A stretch of DNA of 64,000 nucleotides from Octopus bimaculoides (lineage: Eukaryota), in the NCBI RefSeq assembly GCF_001194135.2, contig NC_068988.1, forward strand, positions 81,512,455 to 81,576,454, given 5' to 3'. The notes under the pieces were generated by a model. That model made no database searches, was not told the origin of the DNA, and was given only the letters and a program-made list of their open reading frames with translations. Every line of letters starts with the position of its first letter. Within the stretch, counting starts at the first letter, position 1. Position numbers and translations under genes: made by a program. This document shows positions 24,797 to 38,187 of this stretch, one piece after another.

Positions 24797-25257
24797 TTGT
24801 TTTTATGGCTGTGTGATAATGATATTCATTTTGGAACTATGTTTTAAGAGGTTCGGCTCCACTGTATGGATACTGTCAGATGGTGTTCTATACAATACCC
24901 ATGTGTTGACCAAGATATTGAACGTGAAAGTATAAGATAGTAACTATGTATTATGTGTGCATTTGTGTGAGTGAGTGTATTTGTGTATGTGTGTATATAC
25001 TTCTGTGAATGAGTTTGTATTTCCCCTCATCTTCATATGTGTTTGGTGATTCTAAACAAAAGTCTCACTGCTCATATAGGGAACGTTGTTTGCTTCCAGA
25101 TGTCCAGGCTAATCATTGTTTGATAGATTAAGGTATTATTACCTTGCTCAGAAACAGGTAACAATTAGAGTCAGCAAGAACATCCAACCATAGGAAACTT
25201 TTCTCTGACTTAATCTCATGCAAAACTGATAAAATGGAAAAAGGAGCATTAAAACAA

Positions 25258-25323
<66 letters not shown>

Positions 25324-25334
25324 TGTAAGGATCA

Positions 25335-25577
25335 TCTATATATATAAAACTGAGAATGTGTGTCTGTCTCTCTGTGCGTCTGCATGTGTGCATCACCAAA
25401 ACTCAAGAACTACCCAACCGATTTCAATTAAATTTTACACATGCCTTACTTAGGGTCCATGCAGTGTCACATGCCAAAACAAATTTCAGCTTCTTGCCTA
25501 GTTCAAGCCTGGAGTAATCTCTTATCTCTTACACTGCTTCCGTATTACATGTCAAAACTGAAATAATAGCATCTCTA
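25335..25577 (+). mobile_element. Non-autonomous Helitron-like 5' end (runs into gap)
   Basis: A|TCtatatatataaaactgag, (TGTC)-rich tract, aactacccaaccgatttcaattaaatttt. Resembles Helitron-N 5' ends as recalled; the 3' end is not visible. Confidence 0.5.
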
Positions 25578-26519
25578 NNNNNNNNNNNNNNNNNNNNNNN
25601 NNNNNNNNNNNNNNNNNNNNNNNNNNNNNNNNNNNNNNNNNNNNNNNNNNNNNNNNNNNNNNNNNNNNNNNNNNNNNNNNNNNNNNNNNNNNNNNNNNNN
25701 NNNNNNNNNNNNNNNNNNNNNNNNNNNNNNNNNNNNNNNNNNNNNNNNNNNNNNNNNNNNNNNNNNNNNNNNNNNNNNNNNNNNNNNNNNNNNNNNNNNN
25801 NNNNNNNNNNNNNNNNNNNNNNNNNNNNNNNNNNNNNNNNNNNNNNNNNNNNNNNNNNNNNNNNNNNNNNNNNNNNNNNNNNNNNNNNNNNNNNNNNNNN
25901 NNNNNNNNNNNNNNNNNNNNNNNNNNNNNNNNNNNNNNNNNNNNNNNNNNNNNNNNNNNNNNNNNNNNNNNNNNNNNNNNNNNNNNNNNNNNNNNNNNNN
26001 NNNNNNNNNNNNNNNNNNNNNNNNNNNNNNNNNNNNNNNNNNNNNNNNNNNNNNNNNNNNNNNNNNNNNNNNNNNNNNNNNNNNNNNNNNNNNNNNNNNN
26101 NNNNNNNNNNNNNNNNNNNNNNNNNNNNNNNNNNNNNNNNNNNNNNNNNNNNNNNNNNNNNNNNNNNNCTTAAACGTAAGACATTATGACCGATTATGAA
26201 AACAATAGATGGATAAGGTTATGACTTGATTCATTTGAAAAAAAACCGTTAGAGAATTGGACACTGCCGGATAGTGGGTTGGACAACACATGCATATAAA
26301 TGTGTGAGAACGTACATGCATACATAAATACATATACACAAATACACATGGCCGCAGTCACATGACTGAAGCAAGTAAAACAGTAAAAAAACTATGCCAT
26401 TTTAATCCCAAAGAAGGCCAGGTATCTCTGCTAATATACATATAAAGCAAAGATACACACCAACACATGCACGTGCGCGCCCACACACACACACACACAC
26501 ACATGCACGCACACACATA

Positions 26520-26870
26520 GTGATTGCTCCATCTTCACCGATGATTATTGTCTCCTTTGTTTCCTCATTATCAATGGCACTTCTCACTCTACATTCATGA
26601 CTTCTCAGATGACTACTCAATCTTTCTGCAGATATGTGTGGTTTGAAGCATAGATGGCAGATGAAAGTTGTAACTGACTGTATGCTTCCACCTGTTTAGA
26701 TCTGCACATGTGGCTGCTTTTCCATCACCATAGGAATTTCAGTAGATGAGATGACAAATGTGGTCAGCATAAAGAGATTCTGTATATCATTGGATTATAA
26801 CGATAAATGCTTGTACAACATGAACCTATTTGATTCTCTGTCTGAAGAATTTCTTATAGGAGATATTTTA
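26520..26870 (-). mobile_element. LINE ORF2 C-terminal C2H2 zinc-finger remnant
   Basis: FICHLCFKPHISAERLSSHLRSH (C-x2-C-x12-H-x3-H); surrounding frame has stops; no splice context. Confidence 0.5.
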
Positions 26871-27025
26871 CATGTTTTCTACAAACACATACAATTTTGT
26901 AACTCCTGTTGGCAAATGAAACATGTGTAATGTTGAATGGATAATAAAAAATTTTCCAATCTCCTGCTTTGAGATGCATGCATGCATGTGTGTGTGCGTG
27001 TGTGCATGCATGCATGCGTCCGTGC

Positions 27026-27094
<69 letters not shown>

Positions 27095-27097
<3 letters not shown>

Positions 27098-28588
27098 TGC
27101 AGAAATGATCATAGCTCAATTAATCAGGAAGAGAATTAACATAGATGAGATGCAGTTTGGATTTGTGCCAAGAAGAATCTTTCTGGTGCGGCAACTGCAG
27201 GAGAAATACTTGGTCAAAAATAATCCTCAGTATCTGGCTTTAGTTGACATGGATGAAATCTTTGACAGGGTCCCCCACTCCCTTATCTGGTGGGTAATGC
27301 GGAAGCTAGGGATAGATGAGTAGTTAGTGAGAGATGTACAAGCCATGTACAGGAATGCTGTCAGTAAGGTGTGAGTTACCATTGGTATAGCAAAGAGTTT
27401 AGCATACAAGTAGGAGTCCACCAGTGGTCAGTTCTTATCCCCCTCTTGTTTATCTTGGTCCTCCAAGAGAAGACATTTCAGGTATAGAAGTATGAACTGG
27501 AATCAAAGGGCGTTAGAGTTAATTTAGCTAAGACTAAGGTATTGATAAGTAGGAAAACAAGCAAATCACAGATCCCTTTAGAGAGATAAACAAATAAGAG
27601 GTACAACAGTATAACTGGAAGACTAACAGAGAAAGTAGTTTTTACATGTGGCAGATGTGCAGATACATTAAACACCAGGAATGTACAAACAACAAACTCC
27701 CTTAAATGTCAGAGGGGATCCCTAGAAGTAGTAGACAATTTCCGTTACTTAGTCAGTAGTGAAGGAAATTGTTCTGAAAGCATTGCTGCTAGAATAAGAA
27801 TAGGCTGGGCAATATTCAGAGAGCTGTTACCTTTGTTAGTAATGAAGGATTTCTCCCTCATAGTGAAAGGCAGATTGTATGATACCTGTGTATGAATTGC
27901 TATACTACATGACAGTGAGACGTGGAGCTGTGACTACTGAGGATATGTGAGGGATTGAAAAAAATGAAGCCAGTATGCTTTGCTGGATGGGTAATATCAT
28001 TGTGCATATATGACAAAGTGCAAGTGACTCAAGAGAAAACTAGATATATGAGGCATCAAATGTGGCATGCTAAAGAGAAGACTGCACTGGTATGGCCATG
28101 AAATGCATATGAATGAAGACTGCTGCATCATGAGGTGCTGATCTCAAATTGTAGAGGGAGCAATTGGAAGGGATAGACCCAGGAAGACATGGGATGAAGT
28201 GGTGAAAAAGGATCTATGATTTCTGGGGCTCACAGAGAGGATGACAGGGGTCCAAGGTTCCTGGTAGTTTGCTGTGCTTAGAAAGACACATCAAGCTAAG
28301 TAAAATTGCGGATGTTCTTGCATACAGGCTGTTTTCTGTATCCCTCTCCAGCTGAGCATTCCTAACCACTTGTTGGTGCTGTTGCCATGTAAAAAGCACC
28401 TGTACTGGTGCCACATAAACACACCCATGCCAGTGCTACATAAAAGCACCCAGTACACTCTGTAAAGGAGTTTGCCTTAGGAAAGGCATCCAGCTATCGA
28501 AATCATACCAAAACAGACATGGAGCCCTTCAGCTGGTCGGATCCTGTCAAACCATCCAACCAATGCCAGCATGGAAAATGGACATTAA

Positions 28589-28620
<32 letters not shown>

Positions 28621-28633
28621 AATGATGATGATG

Positions 28634-28635
<2 letters not shown>
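27095..28635 (+). mobile_element. RTE-clade LINE, 5'-truncated, same family as 5145-7940
   Basis: MQFGFVP..LVRQLQEKYL..FDRVPH..LGIDE, partly deleted PHD region (FTCGRC), GRPRKTW, hairpin tail and (GAT)n. Confidence 0.92.
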
Positions 28636-28665
<30 letters not shown>

Positions 28666-29059
28666 GGCTTCTTTCAGTTTCTGTTTACCAAAACCACTCA
28701 CAAGGCTTTGGTTGACCCAGGACTTAATAGAAGACATGCAATAGGACTAAACTCAAAACTATGTGGTTGGAAAGCAAGTTTCTTGACCACACAGTCACGT
28801 CTGTACCTCATGGTGTAATGGTTATCATGAATATTTATTTTTATTGTTTTTACTCATATCCTCCATCTTTAATCAGCAACGTCCATCACTGTACATAATA
28901 TCTGTGCAGAATTTCTATTTCTAATTAAGTAATTCAATGCAGTTTAAGGTTATAAATATTAATGTGAAAATGAGAAATACCATGAATACAAATGACTTCA
29001 TAAGCTTATTTATGCATATGAAACTGAACTAGAAATTTAATATGGTTTTAAATAAGAAT

Positions 29060-29612
29060 TATACAGTAAATTTTAAAGATTCTGAACACAAAAGTTCATT
29101 AAAATCAAACCAGTCATTATCTTCAGTACTGAATAAACCTTTATAATGATCATGGTGAAACGGTATTATCATATAGATCCTCTTCATCATAATTTCCTTT
29201 TTACTGTTCATGATTATAGGCTGTGAATCGTCTACTGTTTCTTCATCTTCAACATTGTCCAATGTCTTTTGTACTATTCAAAATTCCTCATTTCTTGAAT
29301 AATTTAACTATAATGTCAGCAATTATCTTCTTCCATAAATTAACAAACCATTCACACACAGGAACAGTGATAGAACCTGCATATTGTCTCCTTTTGCATA
29401 CTATTTTTTTCAGTTACTCCATTTTATCACTATATCCTCAAATGGTACACTGAGACCAATATGTAAGGGTTTCAGAAATATTGTAAGGCCTCAGTGTTGC
29501 TGCCCAGTGTGGTCTAAAGTGATCCCAGATGATCAATCTCTTTTCCTTGAGGAACCTACTTGACCGTAAATTTGAAATTCATTTATCCATTTCCAACAGC
29601 CACCATTATCTG
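29060..29612 (-). mobile_element. pogo/Tigger-like DDE transposase relic
   Basis: KRLIIWDHFRPH (cf. LLVWDSFRAH), VCEWFVNLWKKIIADIIVKLFKK*GI (cf. VCQWI..W..I..SFKKCGI), acidic C-terminus LFSTEDNDWFDF. Frameshifted. Confidence 0.7.
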
Positions 29613-29738
29613 TAAACTGAAATGTGTAAAAGCTGTATATAAAAATACATATTTTTATATACAGTTTATACATATGTATGTGTGTGTTTGTATGTATCGG
29701 TCTATGCATGTGTGTCTATCTTGCAAATATACATATAT

Positions 29739-29955
29739 TGGTTTCAAATTTTGGCACTAGGCAAGCAATATTAGGGGAGAGAATAAGTCAATTACATTGA
29801 TCCAAGTACTAAACTGGTACTCATTTTATTGACCCCCAAAAAATGAAAGACAAAGCAAAGTCGACCTCAGCAGAATTTGAACTCTGAACATAAAAATAGA
29901 TGAAATTCTGCTATGCATTTTGCCAGTCATGCTAACAGTTCTGCCAGCTTGCCTC
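29739..29955 (-). mobile_element. SINE family B
   Basis: ggtactcattttattgaccccc..aaagtcgacctcagcagaatttgaactctgaac. Confidence 0.85.
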
Positions 29956-30369
29956 CCTGTGAATTTATTATTTATTAATTACAAGCAACACATTATACAT
30001 ACATGTATTTATGCGTGCATACATACATACATACATACATACATACATACATACATACATACATGCATACATACATGCATACATACATACTTTCCAAAAG
30101 TTTATCATTTAACTATATATGAGCATGTCTAGATATGCAACTATATGCATGAGAATACATACATAAAACATACAAATCTGCATATACATACATACATATA
30201 TACATACATGCATACATACAAAAATACCCTGTTGTTGATGTTGAAATTCCAATGAAGGAGTCTTGGATCTAGGTTAGAAATCGGTTCTTTCTCTATTGGC
30301 AAGAAATCTTGAAATAAACTGAATAATGACATACATACATACATACCAACACCATATTTGTACTTCAAA

Positions 30370-30660
30370 GTAGGTTTTCATATATCATACCCTGATATTG
30401 TGTGGACTGAGATCCCCATTGACAGGCTGCTGATATTGACTAAAGTGTTAAACACTTCAGGCATACAAATTAGTAGTGCCAGTTCTCTGAAGTTATTGGA
30501 TTTGTTCTGTATGTAGACAGATTGACTTCTTATTTCTCTGGGATTGGCCAGGTGATGTAAACACCTCTGATGAGACCCATTTAGGGTCAGAAGTCGATTA
30601 TGGCTGTCCATCACTTTTTCAATCAATGGAGAAATGGTGAAATTTGCCATGGTTGTATCT
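30370..30660 (-). mobile_element. Possible decayed RT fragment
   Basis: LALLICMPEVFNTLVN loosely resembles the RT domain-1 motif RPIALLxxxxKxFxxxL; weak. Confidence 0.3.
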
Positions 30661-31320
30661 CTTCTATGTAGGTTTACACTGGTTTAAAAGCATACAAACA
30701 CATATCTATATTTACAAATGTCGAAACCATGATGATATTTGTTAGACAGCTGATGATGAAAATTCCCTGGTTGTGTTAAAATGGATTTTGTTCTGTAGTT
30801 ATGTATCTGCTTGTTATAGTTTCATGGTTTGTTTCATGGTGTGTACCTTTTATTTTGAAGTGCCTTAAGGGGATTATATATGTATTTAGGTCATTTCTGA
30901 CCCTTGGTGGAGTTAGTTATAGGGTTAGATATAAATTTTTTCTCTAGTCTGTAATTATATTTTGGCCCATTGTATATGTATATGCATAATCATATTTTAG
31001 CCCATCGTATGTGTATATGTATGTACATATGTGTAAGTATATGTCTGTGACTCCTTGTTTGGTATTGTGTGATAGTTGTAAATGAGTGTCACTGTCATAC
31101 ATGCAGTGTCATTCATTTCCTGTATTCCATGAAAACATGTCTGGTCATGGGAAAACATAAACCCACTTGGAAACAAGTGAAGGTCGGTGACAGGAAAGGC
31201 ATCTGGGTGTAGAAAATCTGCCTAAATTAACTCTGACTGATCTAGATATGCATAAAAAGGTGAATGTTAAAACAATGATGATAATGATAATGCACACACA
31301 CGCACACATACACACACACA

Positions 31321-31366
<46 letters not shown>

Positions 31367-32599
31367 TTCACTGAAGCAAGGGTTTGAACCCCTACCCACC
31401 AATTAAATGGTAGTGATTAACACATAACACTTGTGTTCACTCTACTATGGTCCCATGTTTGAAGTGGGACACACAAGTGGCATAATTAGTATGAAATTAC
31501 TAATATTACAATATTCCCAGGCATGAACAACAGATTGAGAACAATGTACCTCCATTGTTTGACAAAAGGATTTTATTTAAAACTCCAAGAAGGTTACAGA
31601 AGCAGACAGGTACTTGAAAAACGCCAGAGGGTCCAAGTGCTTAAATGTTATGATGTTATGACTATAACAACCTTGATGAGGAGGACACTTGTCTGAATAT
31701 ATCAATGTGTAATAACTATTGATTCCTTATTTCAGAAATATAGACTATAATTAAAAGAGCTTGATTCATCTAGTGGACATAAAACAAAGAGAATCCACCA
31801 GAAGTTCAAGACAAGCTGTTGGTGTCTCACAGCAGTAAACACCAGAGATAATTCTGTTAACACTAGGAAAATTCATCATTAATATGCCATCTGCTGAATG
31901 CCTGTGCGACAACAAACTTAAAGTAATTGAAATTCAGTCAAATTTTAACATCATCGCCATCATCATTAGCACTACCACTTCCATCACCTTTATTGTCATC
32001 ATCTTCATCATCATCATCATCGTCGTCGTCGTCGTCATCGTCATTGTCATCGTCTATGCGCAGTCATATATATTCTGTGGAATAAACATATTGTGTCACA
32101 TATGTACATATATATACATATATACATACTGTTATGTTGCGGGTTTGAATATCTTGTCGCCAATAATGTTATGATGACATCATAGTGCAGATTGGGTGTA
32201 GAATAGTATTATCCCAATAAATATTTGGATATAGTTATCTAGAATAACCTTTTGCAGAATTAATACATTCACTCAGAATGTTCTCTGTACTATGCTAAGT
32301 GCAGGTACAATATTAAACTAACACAGTAATCCAATACGAAAGATCATTGCTGTCAAACTGCCCACTGTCAACTGTTTGCTGTCCACTTGACAATTCTTTA
32401 TTTTACTGAAATACATTAGACCACTTTTAATTACATGGAGCTCATCACGATCCTTCCATGGCACATACATACATGCATACACACGCACATACATACACAT
32501 GTGCGCACACACACACATACACACACACACAAACACAAAACACACACACACACACACACAAACACACAAACACATAAACACACAAACGCACACACACAC

Positions 32600-33200
32600 A
32601 TATGGTCTTTGGGTCTTACTGCATGGTTCTACTGCATGGTACCTTGGGCAAGTGTCTTCTAATAAACCCTAGGTTGACCAAAACCTTGTAAATAGATTTG
32701 CTAGATGGAAATTGAAAGAAGCCTGTCATGTTATATATATGTGTGTGTGTTTGTGTATTCCCTTCTCTACACATCATGTGATAGTTGTAAATAAGCATCC
32801 CCTTCATACAAGCAAGGTTGTTTCCAGTCTTTCATAGAAAATATGCCTGAAATAATATTACTTTGCTTGGAGGCAGTGAGCTGGCAGAATTGTTAATACA
32901 CTGAACAAAATGCTTTGCAGCATTGCGTTTGTCTTTACATTCTGAGTTCAAATTCTGCGATGTTCGACTTTGCCTTTCCTCCTTTTTGGGTCAATAAAAT
33001 AAAGTACCAGTTGAACACTGGAGTTGATCTAATCGATTTACCCCTTCCACAAAAATTGCATGCCTTGTGCCAAAATTTGAACCAATATTACTCTGTTTGG
33101 AAGCAGGTGAGTGTTAGTGATAGGAAGGGCATCCAGCTGCAGAAAATCAGCCTTGACAAATTATGTCTGATCCATACAAGCATGGAAATGTATCTATATA
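32600..33200 (+). mobile_element. SINE family A variant with RTE-like tail, interrupted by SINE B (32872-33083)
   Basis: accttgggcaagtgtcttct head; tail gataggaagggcatccagctgcagaaaa; inserted SINE B flanked by aatattactttgcttgga / aatattactctgtttgga. Confidence 0.8.
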
Positions 33201-33324
33201 AGTATATACACAAACACACACACACACACACACACACAAGCATATATATCATTCTCATACACATAAACACACACACATACACATATATATATATACATAT
33301 ATACACATGCATACATACATACGA

Positions 33325-33356
<32 letters not shown>

Positions 33357-33581
33357 ATCTAATATCTATATCTATCTATCACTCTATCTATCTATCTATC
33401 TATCTATATATTTGTAGTTGCTTGTTGTCATAAATATTCTTTTTTTCTGATCTGCTCTCTATGAAGTTTTACTGGTGTCGTTTTATTCATTATGCAAAAC
33501 ACTATGTCCACTTTCACATTTGTAGCCATTCTTTACTTCCCCTGGCACCCTCCCACCTCCTTACACACACACAGACACACA

Positions 33582-33624
<43 letters not shown>

Positions 33625-33918
33625 TTACAGACAAGAAAATAAATTTTCGAAGGCAGTATAGCTGTGAAAACAGCAGATAAAGATTGTTGTCAGGTGTTGT
33701 TTAGTTTAATGGTTAGAGCTCTTTGTCAGTATCCAAGAGGTATGGCGTTCAACTCCCCATAGCCGCCTGCTGGCAATTTTCCACATTTTCTATGGGTAAA
33801 TAATCCATCTTTATCTGCTATTTTCTCAGCTACACTGCATTTGAAATGTTTGAAATTTACTATCTGTAAAGTATCAACACATTTGGCTCTTACAAAGTTT
33901 GTTTATAATATACATACA

Positions 33919-33978
<60 letters not shown>

Positions 33979-34224
33979 ACAAGTGACCCTCTCTTTTCAA
34001 ATTGCACTCTGGCTTTTTTACCATTCACCACTGTCTCAAAGGAAAACGACAAGTTAAATTCAAATTCATTCTCTCTCTCTTAAATGTGAATAACCATGTA
34101 ACTTACAAGAACCTTCATTATCCCAACCTTTTCTCTCATACCTTAACACCCATCCAATGTACAGATGCAGCATTCTCCCTCCTTGGGTTTGTTGATCTGC
34201 AAGCTGCATGTTGATCTCAATAAT

Positions 34225-34415
34225 GCTGGTGGCGCAAAACAAAAAGCACACAATACACACTGTAAAATGGTTGACATTATGAAGGGCATCCAACTGTAGA
34301 AACCATGCCAAAGCAGACAATGGAGCACTCAATGTGGTCCTTCAACCCATTGGATCCTTTGTTAAACCATCCAACCCATACTAATATGGAACATAGATGA
34401 TAATGATGATGATGA
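34225..34415 (+). mobile_element. Solo RTE-LINE 3' tail
   Basis: aaaaagcaca..ctgtaaaatgg..gaagggcatccaactgtagaaaccatgcc..(GAT)n. Confidence 0.72.
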
Positions 34416-34481
34416 TACACACATGCACGCATGTTCAGTCATGTATACTCACTCATCTTTACACACACAGACACAGACACT

Positions 34482-34564
<83 letters not shown>

Positions 34565-34682
34565 GTACATACATAGAAGGAAAAACAGACATCACATGTT
34601 CACACCTTCCTGTAAAGCTAAAATTGACAAGCTGTCACAAATTAAATCTAAATATATAATTTAAAGCATAGAAATATGAAGG

Positions 34683-34867
34683 TAATAAAAGCCACTTAAC
34701 AAGTCAAAGCTGGAGAGAAATAAAATTCTTTCAATATTTCTGCTTTTAACAAACCCTAACCTAGAACTGGAAAATTGGAAATGACGCCAAGTCTGTTATG
34801 TCAGTTCTTGTTAAAAGTGAAATATTGCAGCAATATATTTTTCTCCAGCTTTAAGTGGTTTTTATTA
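34683..34867. mobile_element. Foldback/MITE-like inverted repeat
   Basis: taataaaagccacttaa..aaagctggagagaaata..caatatttc..cttttaacaa mirrored by ttgttaaaagtgaaatattg..tatttttctccagctttaagtggtttttatta. Confidence 0.7.
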
Positions 34868-35719
34868 ATTAAAATCTCCGCAATGAAATGTCAAGGTACC
34901 AAGTGAATTACAAAATTTTAATTTAAAACTTTGTATATAATTTCAAAGTAAAATAGATTTTGCACTTGATAACCTTACCTGTTCCCTGCATGATCACCAG
35001 CATATAATTGGGTGCTTGTCCCAGAGTTTTCTCTGTTGCAAGCATTCAAAGCAACTGGTGGTAACTCTATATATTCTGATGTGTACTCTACCCTGTACAG
35101 AGCCACTAATTTTGTTAGAGAATATTTGGTGAAAGTGGTTTTCCAGTAGATGCCTACCACCAGATAATACTGAGGCCTGGTTTCAGGAGTTATGCCTCTG
35201 AAGGTGACTCTATTTGATAGTTGGCATGCTTTCAGAATGACTTCCAGTCAAAGGGTTTGGAGGAAAGATCAGCAGCAATCTTGAATCATGGTTTCTTTTT
35301 CTCTTTCTTTTAAAAGCCCAAAAGCTTCAGAGTGAAGACCCTATATTGAATCCTTCATATTTGCTGTCCTATATTCAACACAAACAGTTTGATTTGTCAA
35401 CAAATGTCTAATACCAGAAAGACTGGTACCAATAAGATGTGTCTAAGCATAATTTCCATTCAGACTAATCAGCTAAGTCATCTATAACACCATCAGATGA
35501 GCCTGTGTCACTATTTTGTTAGCCATCAGTGACTTAAACCAATAAGCTTGCAAGTCAAGGGTAGCATAGAGGCACTTAAAAATGAGAAATATTGGTAATA
35601 GGGATTCTCAAATACACAGTCTAGCCCAGATTGGCTGGGCCAGTCAATAACCCTCGGACCTGCAGTGTTTCTTGCAGTGGCAGAACAAGCTGATAACCCT
35701 CAGACATGCTTCTAAGATG

Positions 35720-35935
35720 GTGAGCTGGCAGAATCAATTAACATGCTGGGCAAAATACTTAGTAGCATGTCGTCCATCTTCATCTTTTGCATTCAAATTC
35801 CACTAATGGTTGACTTTGCCCTTCATTGTTTTGGGGTCGATAAAATAAGTACCAACTGAGCACTTGGGTCATTATAATCAACTTACACCCTCCTCTGAAC
35901 CTGCTGGCATTGTGCCAAAATCTGAAACCAATATA
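35720..35935 (+). mobile_element. SINE family B
   Basis: atggtgagctggcagaatca..gactttgcccttcattgttttggggtcgataaaataagtacc. Confidence 0.82.
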
Positions 35936-36599
35936 TATGGTTTCTTTCTCACACTGTGCAGACACATTACATAAAGGCATACACATACACTCATACATAG
36001 ACACATTTGGCGCTGGAGTTGATATGAGCAAGCACAAAGGTACTCACTATTAAAGTACACAATACATCACATAAAGCTATATGATTTAACTGTTAAAGAT
36101 GTAATATAATGTCCATTATACATACATATGTGAGTGCGTGTGTGTGTGTGTGCGTGCGTGTGTGTGTGTATGTGTGTGTGTGTGTGTGTTTGTGTGCGTG
36201 TGTGTGTGTGTGTAACTCATTAATTCCGTGTACTTTCTTGATGTTGAAACTGAAACGTCATATTGTATGTGCTATTTATAACTTGCTACAACCAAAGTGA
36301 TTTATCAATCAGAAGAGAATTTAGTATTGGTAAACGTTATCATGCAGTTTTATTTATCATAGATTGAATTTACAGTTATCTACAGCCAAATATACTCTCG
36401 CACTGCATCTTCCTTGTAGATATTCCTATGAGAGTGAAACTTATAATAATGGCATTTTTGAGCTCCTTAGGGAATGGCTGCCACTTCATCATTTGTTTTG
36501 AGAAGCCTACTATGATGTAAATTTATCATCATCATTGCAATCATCACCATCATCATTATCATTACCAGTATTATTGTTGTTGTCATTGTTGTTGCTGCT

Positions 36600-37317
36600 G
36601 TTATATAATTGTTCAACATCTGATAGTTTGAGGCAAATTTCTCCTGCATCACCTGCTGCACCTCCGTGTTGCTGGGGTGTGTGCAGCATTGTGTGTTCTT
36701 TTCTGTTGTTTGGAGCACACAAACTCTCCCTGGTATTATATTGCATTATTTTTCTCTTGAGGTGTGGTGCAGTCTTTTGTTGTAGTACTGCTTGTAGTGT
36801 GTATTGAGTGTATAATGCATTGGTTATCTAACTTGCTAGTAGAAGTTTCTTTCACTGGATAATTGCTGTATAGAGTGTGCCTTGTGTTTGTGGGTTGTTT
36901 TGGATGTATTATTGAATTGATAGTGTCTTGTGTAGTATGTGGGTTGTTCCTAGCAGGGATGTTTTTTGGATAGTGTGTAGTATTGAAGATTCAGGTATAG
37001 CTTCTATAATTTTGTTCATAAGTTTTTTTTTTTTTATCATGCCCAATGCTCCAATTATTGGTATTGTTTTCACCTTCATGCCCCATGTCTTGAATATTTC
37101 AATTTCGAGGTCTTTGTACTTTGACAATATCTCCACTTCTTTTTGGACAATATTTTAATCAGAAAGAACTGCAATGCTAATCAGCAAGCAGATGTTTTTT
37201 TCCCATCCTTGATTATTATGTCTGGACAATTAGCATTTATTTCTTTGTCAGTTTGAACCAGAATATCCCAAATGATTGTGGCCTAGTCATTGTCATGTAC
37301 CTTGTTTGGCACATTAC

Positions 37318-37320
<3 letters not shown>
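36600..37320 (-). mobile_element. R4/Dong-like LINE 3' end, copy 1
   Basis: KYKDLEIEI..KTIPIIGALGMIKK..IQKTSLLGTTHILHKTLSIQ* followed by a 3' UTR. Confidence 0.8.
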
Positions 37321-37370
<50 letters not shown>

Positions 37371-37371
<1 letters not shown>

Positions 37372-37583
37372 GAAGGCTGCAAACTGGCTGACTCATTAGC
37401 AAGCCAGGCAAAATGATCAGTGGCATTTCATCCATCTTTATGTTCTGCGTTCAAATTCCTGCAACGTTGACTTTGCCTTTCATCCTTTGGAGTTGATAAA
37501 ATAAGTACCAGTGAAACACTGGAGTTAATGTACAACTAGTCCCCTCCCCACAAACTTCAGGCCTTGCACTTTTAGTAGAAAAG

Positions 37584-37585
<2 letters not shown>
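37371..37585 (+). mobile_element. SINE family B, (ATT)n-tailed subtype
   Basis: gactttgcctttcatcctttggagttgataaaataagtaccag; ends agtagaaaagattattatt. Confidence 0.82.
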
Positions 37586-37615
<30 letters not shown>

Positions 37616-37616
<1 letters not shown>

Positions 37617-37965
37617 TAGTCTTATTTTTATCATGTGCTTTCACTGCACTACCAAGCGCAGCTCTGTGTGTCTTGGGTATGTGCTGTGGTTTGTTGTGAT
37701 GCCCTTAGTGTTTTACATAGGATGTGTGCAGTGCCTCCTAGTGTTATTTTCTGTATGTTATATATACTTGTTAGTCCTGATGTTTTTGATCTGTATTTAT
37801 CTGAATATTTTATTATCATAGCTAATGCGCCTACTATGGATAGGAATTGTTTCTGTTTTTAGACTCCCCATTTTGAGTTACCTCTATTTCCAGATCTTTG
37901 TATTCTGAAAGTTTCTCCATTTCTTTTAGAGAAACATTGTCATCTATTGGTATTGATACATCGAT
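37616..37965 (-). mobile_element. R4/Dong-like LINE 3' end, copy 2
   Basis: IDVSIPIDDNVSLKEMEKLSEYKDLEIEV; same 3' UTR as copy 3; (AAT)n tail. Confidence 0.85.
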
Positions 37966-37990
37966 TATTATTATTATCATTATTATTTCC

Positions 37991-38187
37991 GGTGGTAAGC
38001 TAGTAGAATTGTTAGGTTGCACACAACATGCTTAGCAGCATTTTCTTTGTATTTAAGTTCTATGTTCAAATTCCACAGAGGTTGACTTTTGGGGTCAATG
38101 AAATCAGTACCAGTTGTACACTGGGGTCTATGTTATCGATTATTGCCCTCCCATAAAATTTCAGGTATTGTGCTTATAGTAGAAAGA

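Noticed and set aside
29533-29609. Alternative terminal coding exon of the CUB gene
   Set aside because: The sequence is better explained as pogo transposase; kept only as a low-level exonisation hypothesis.
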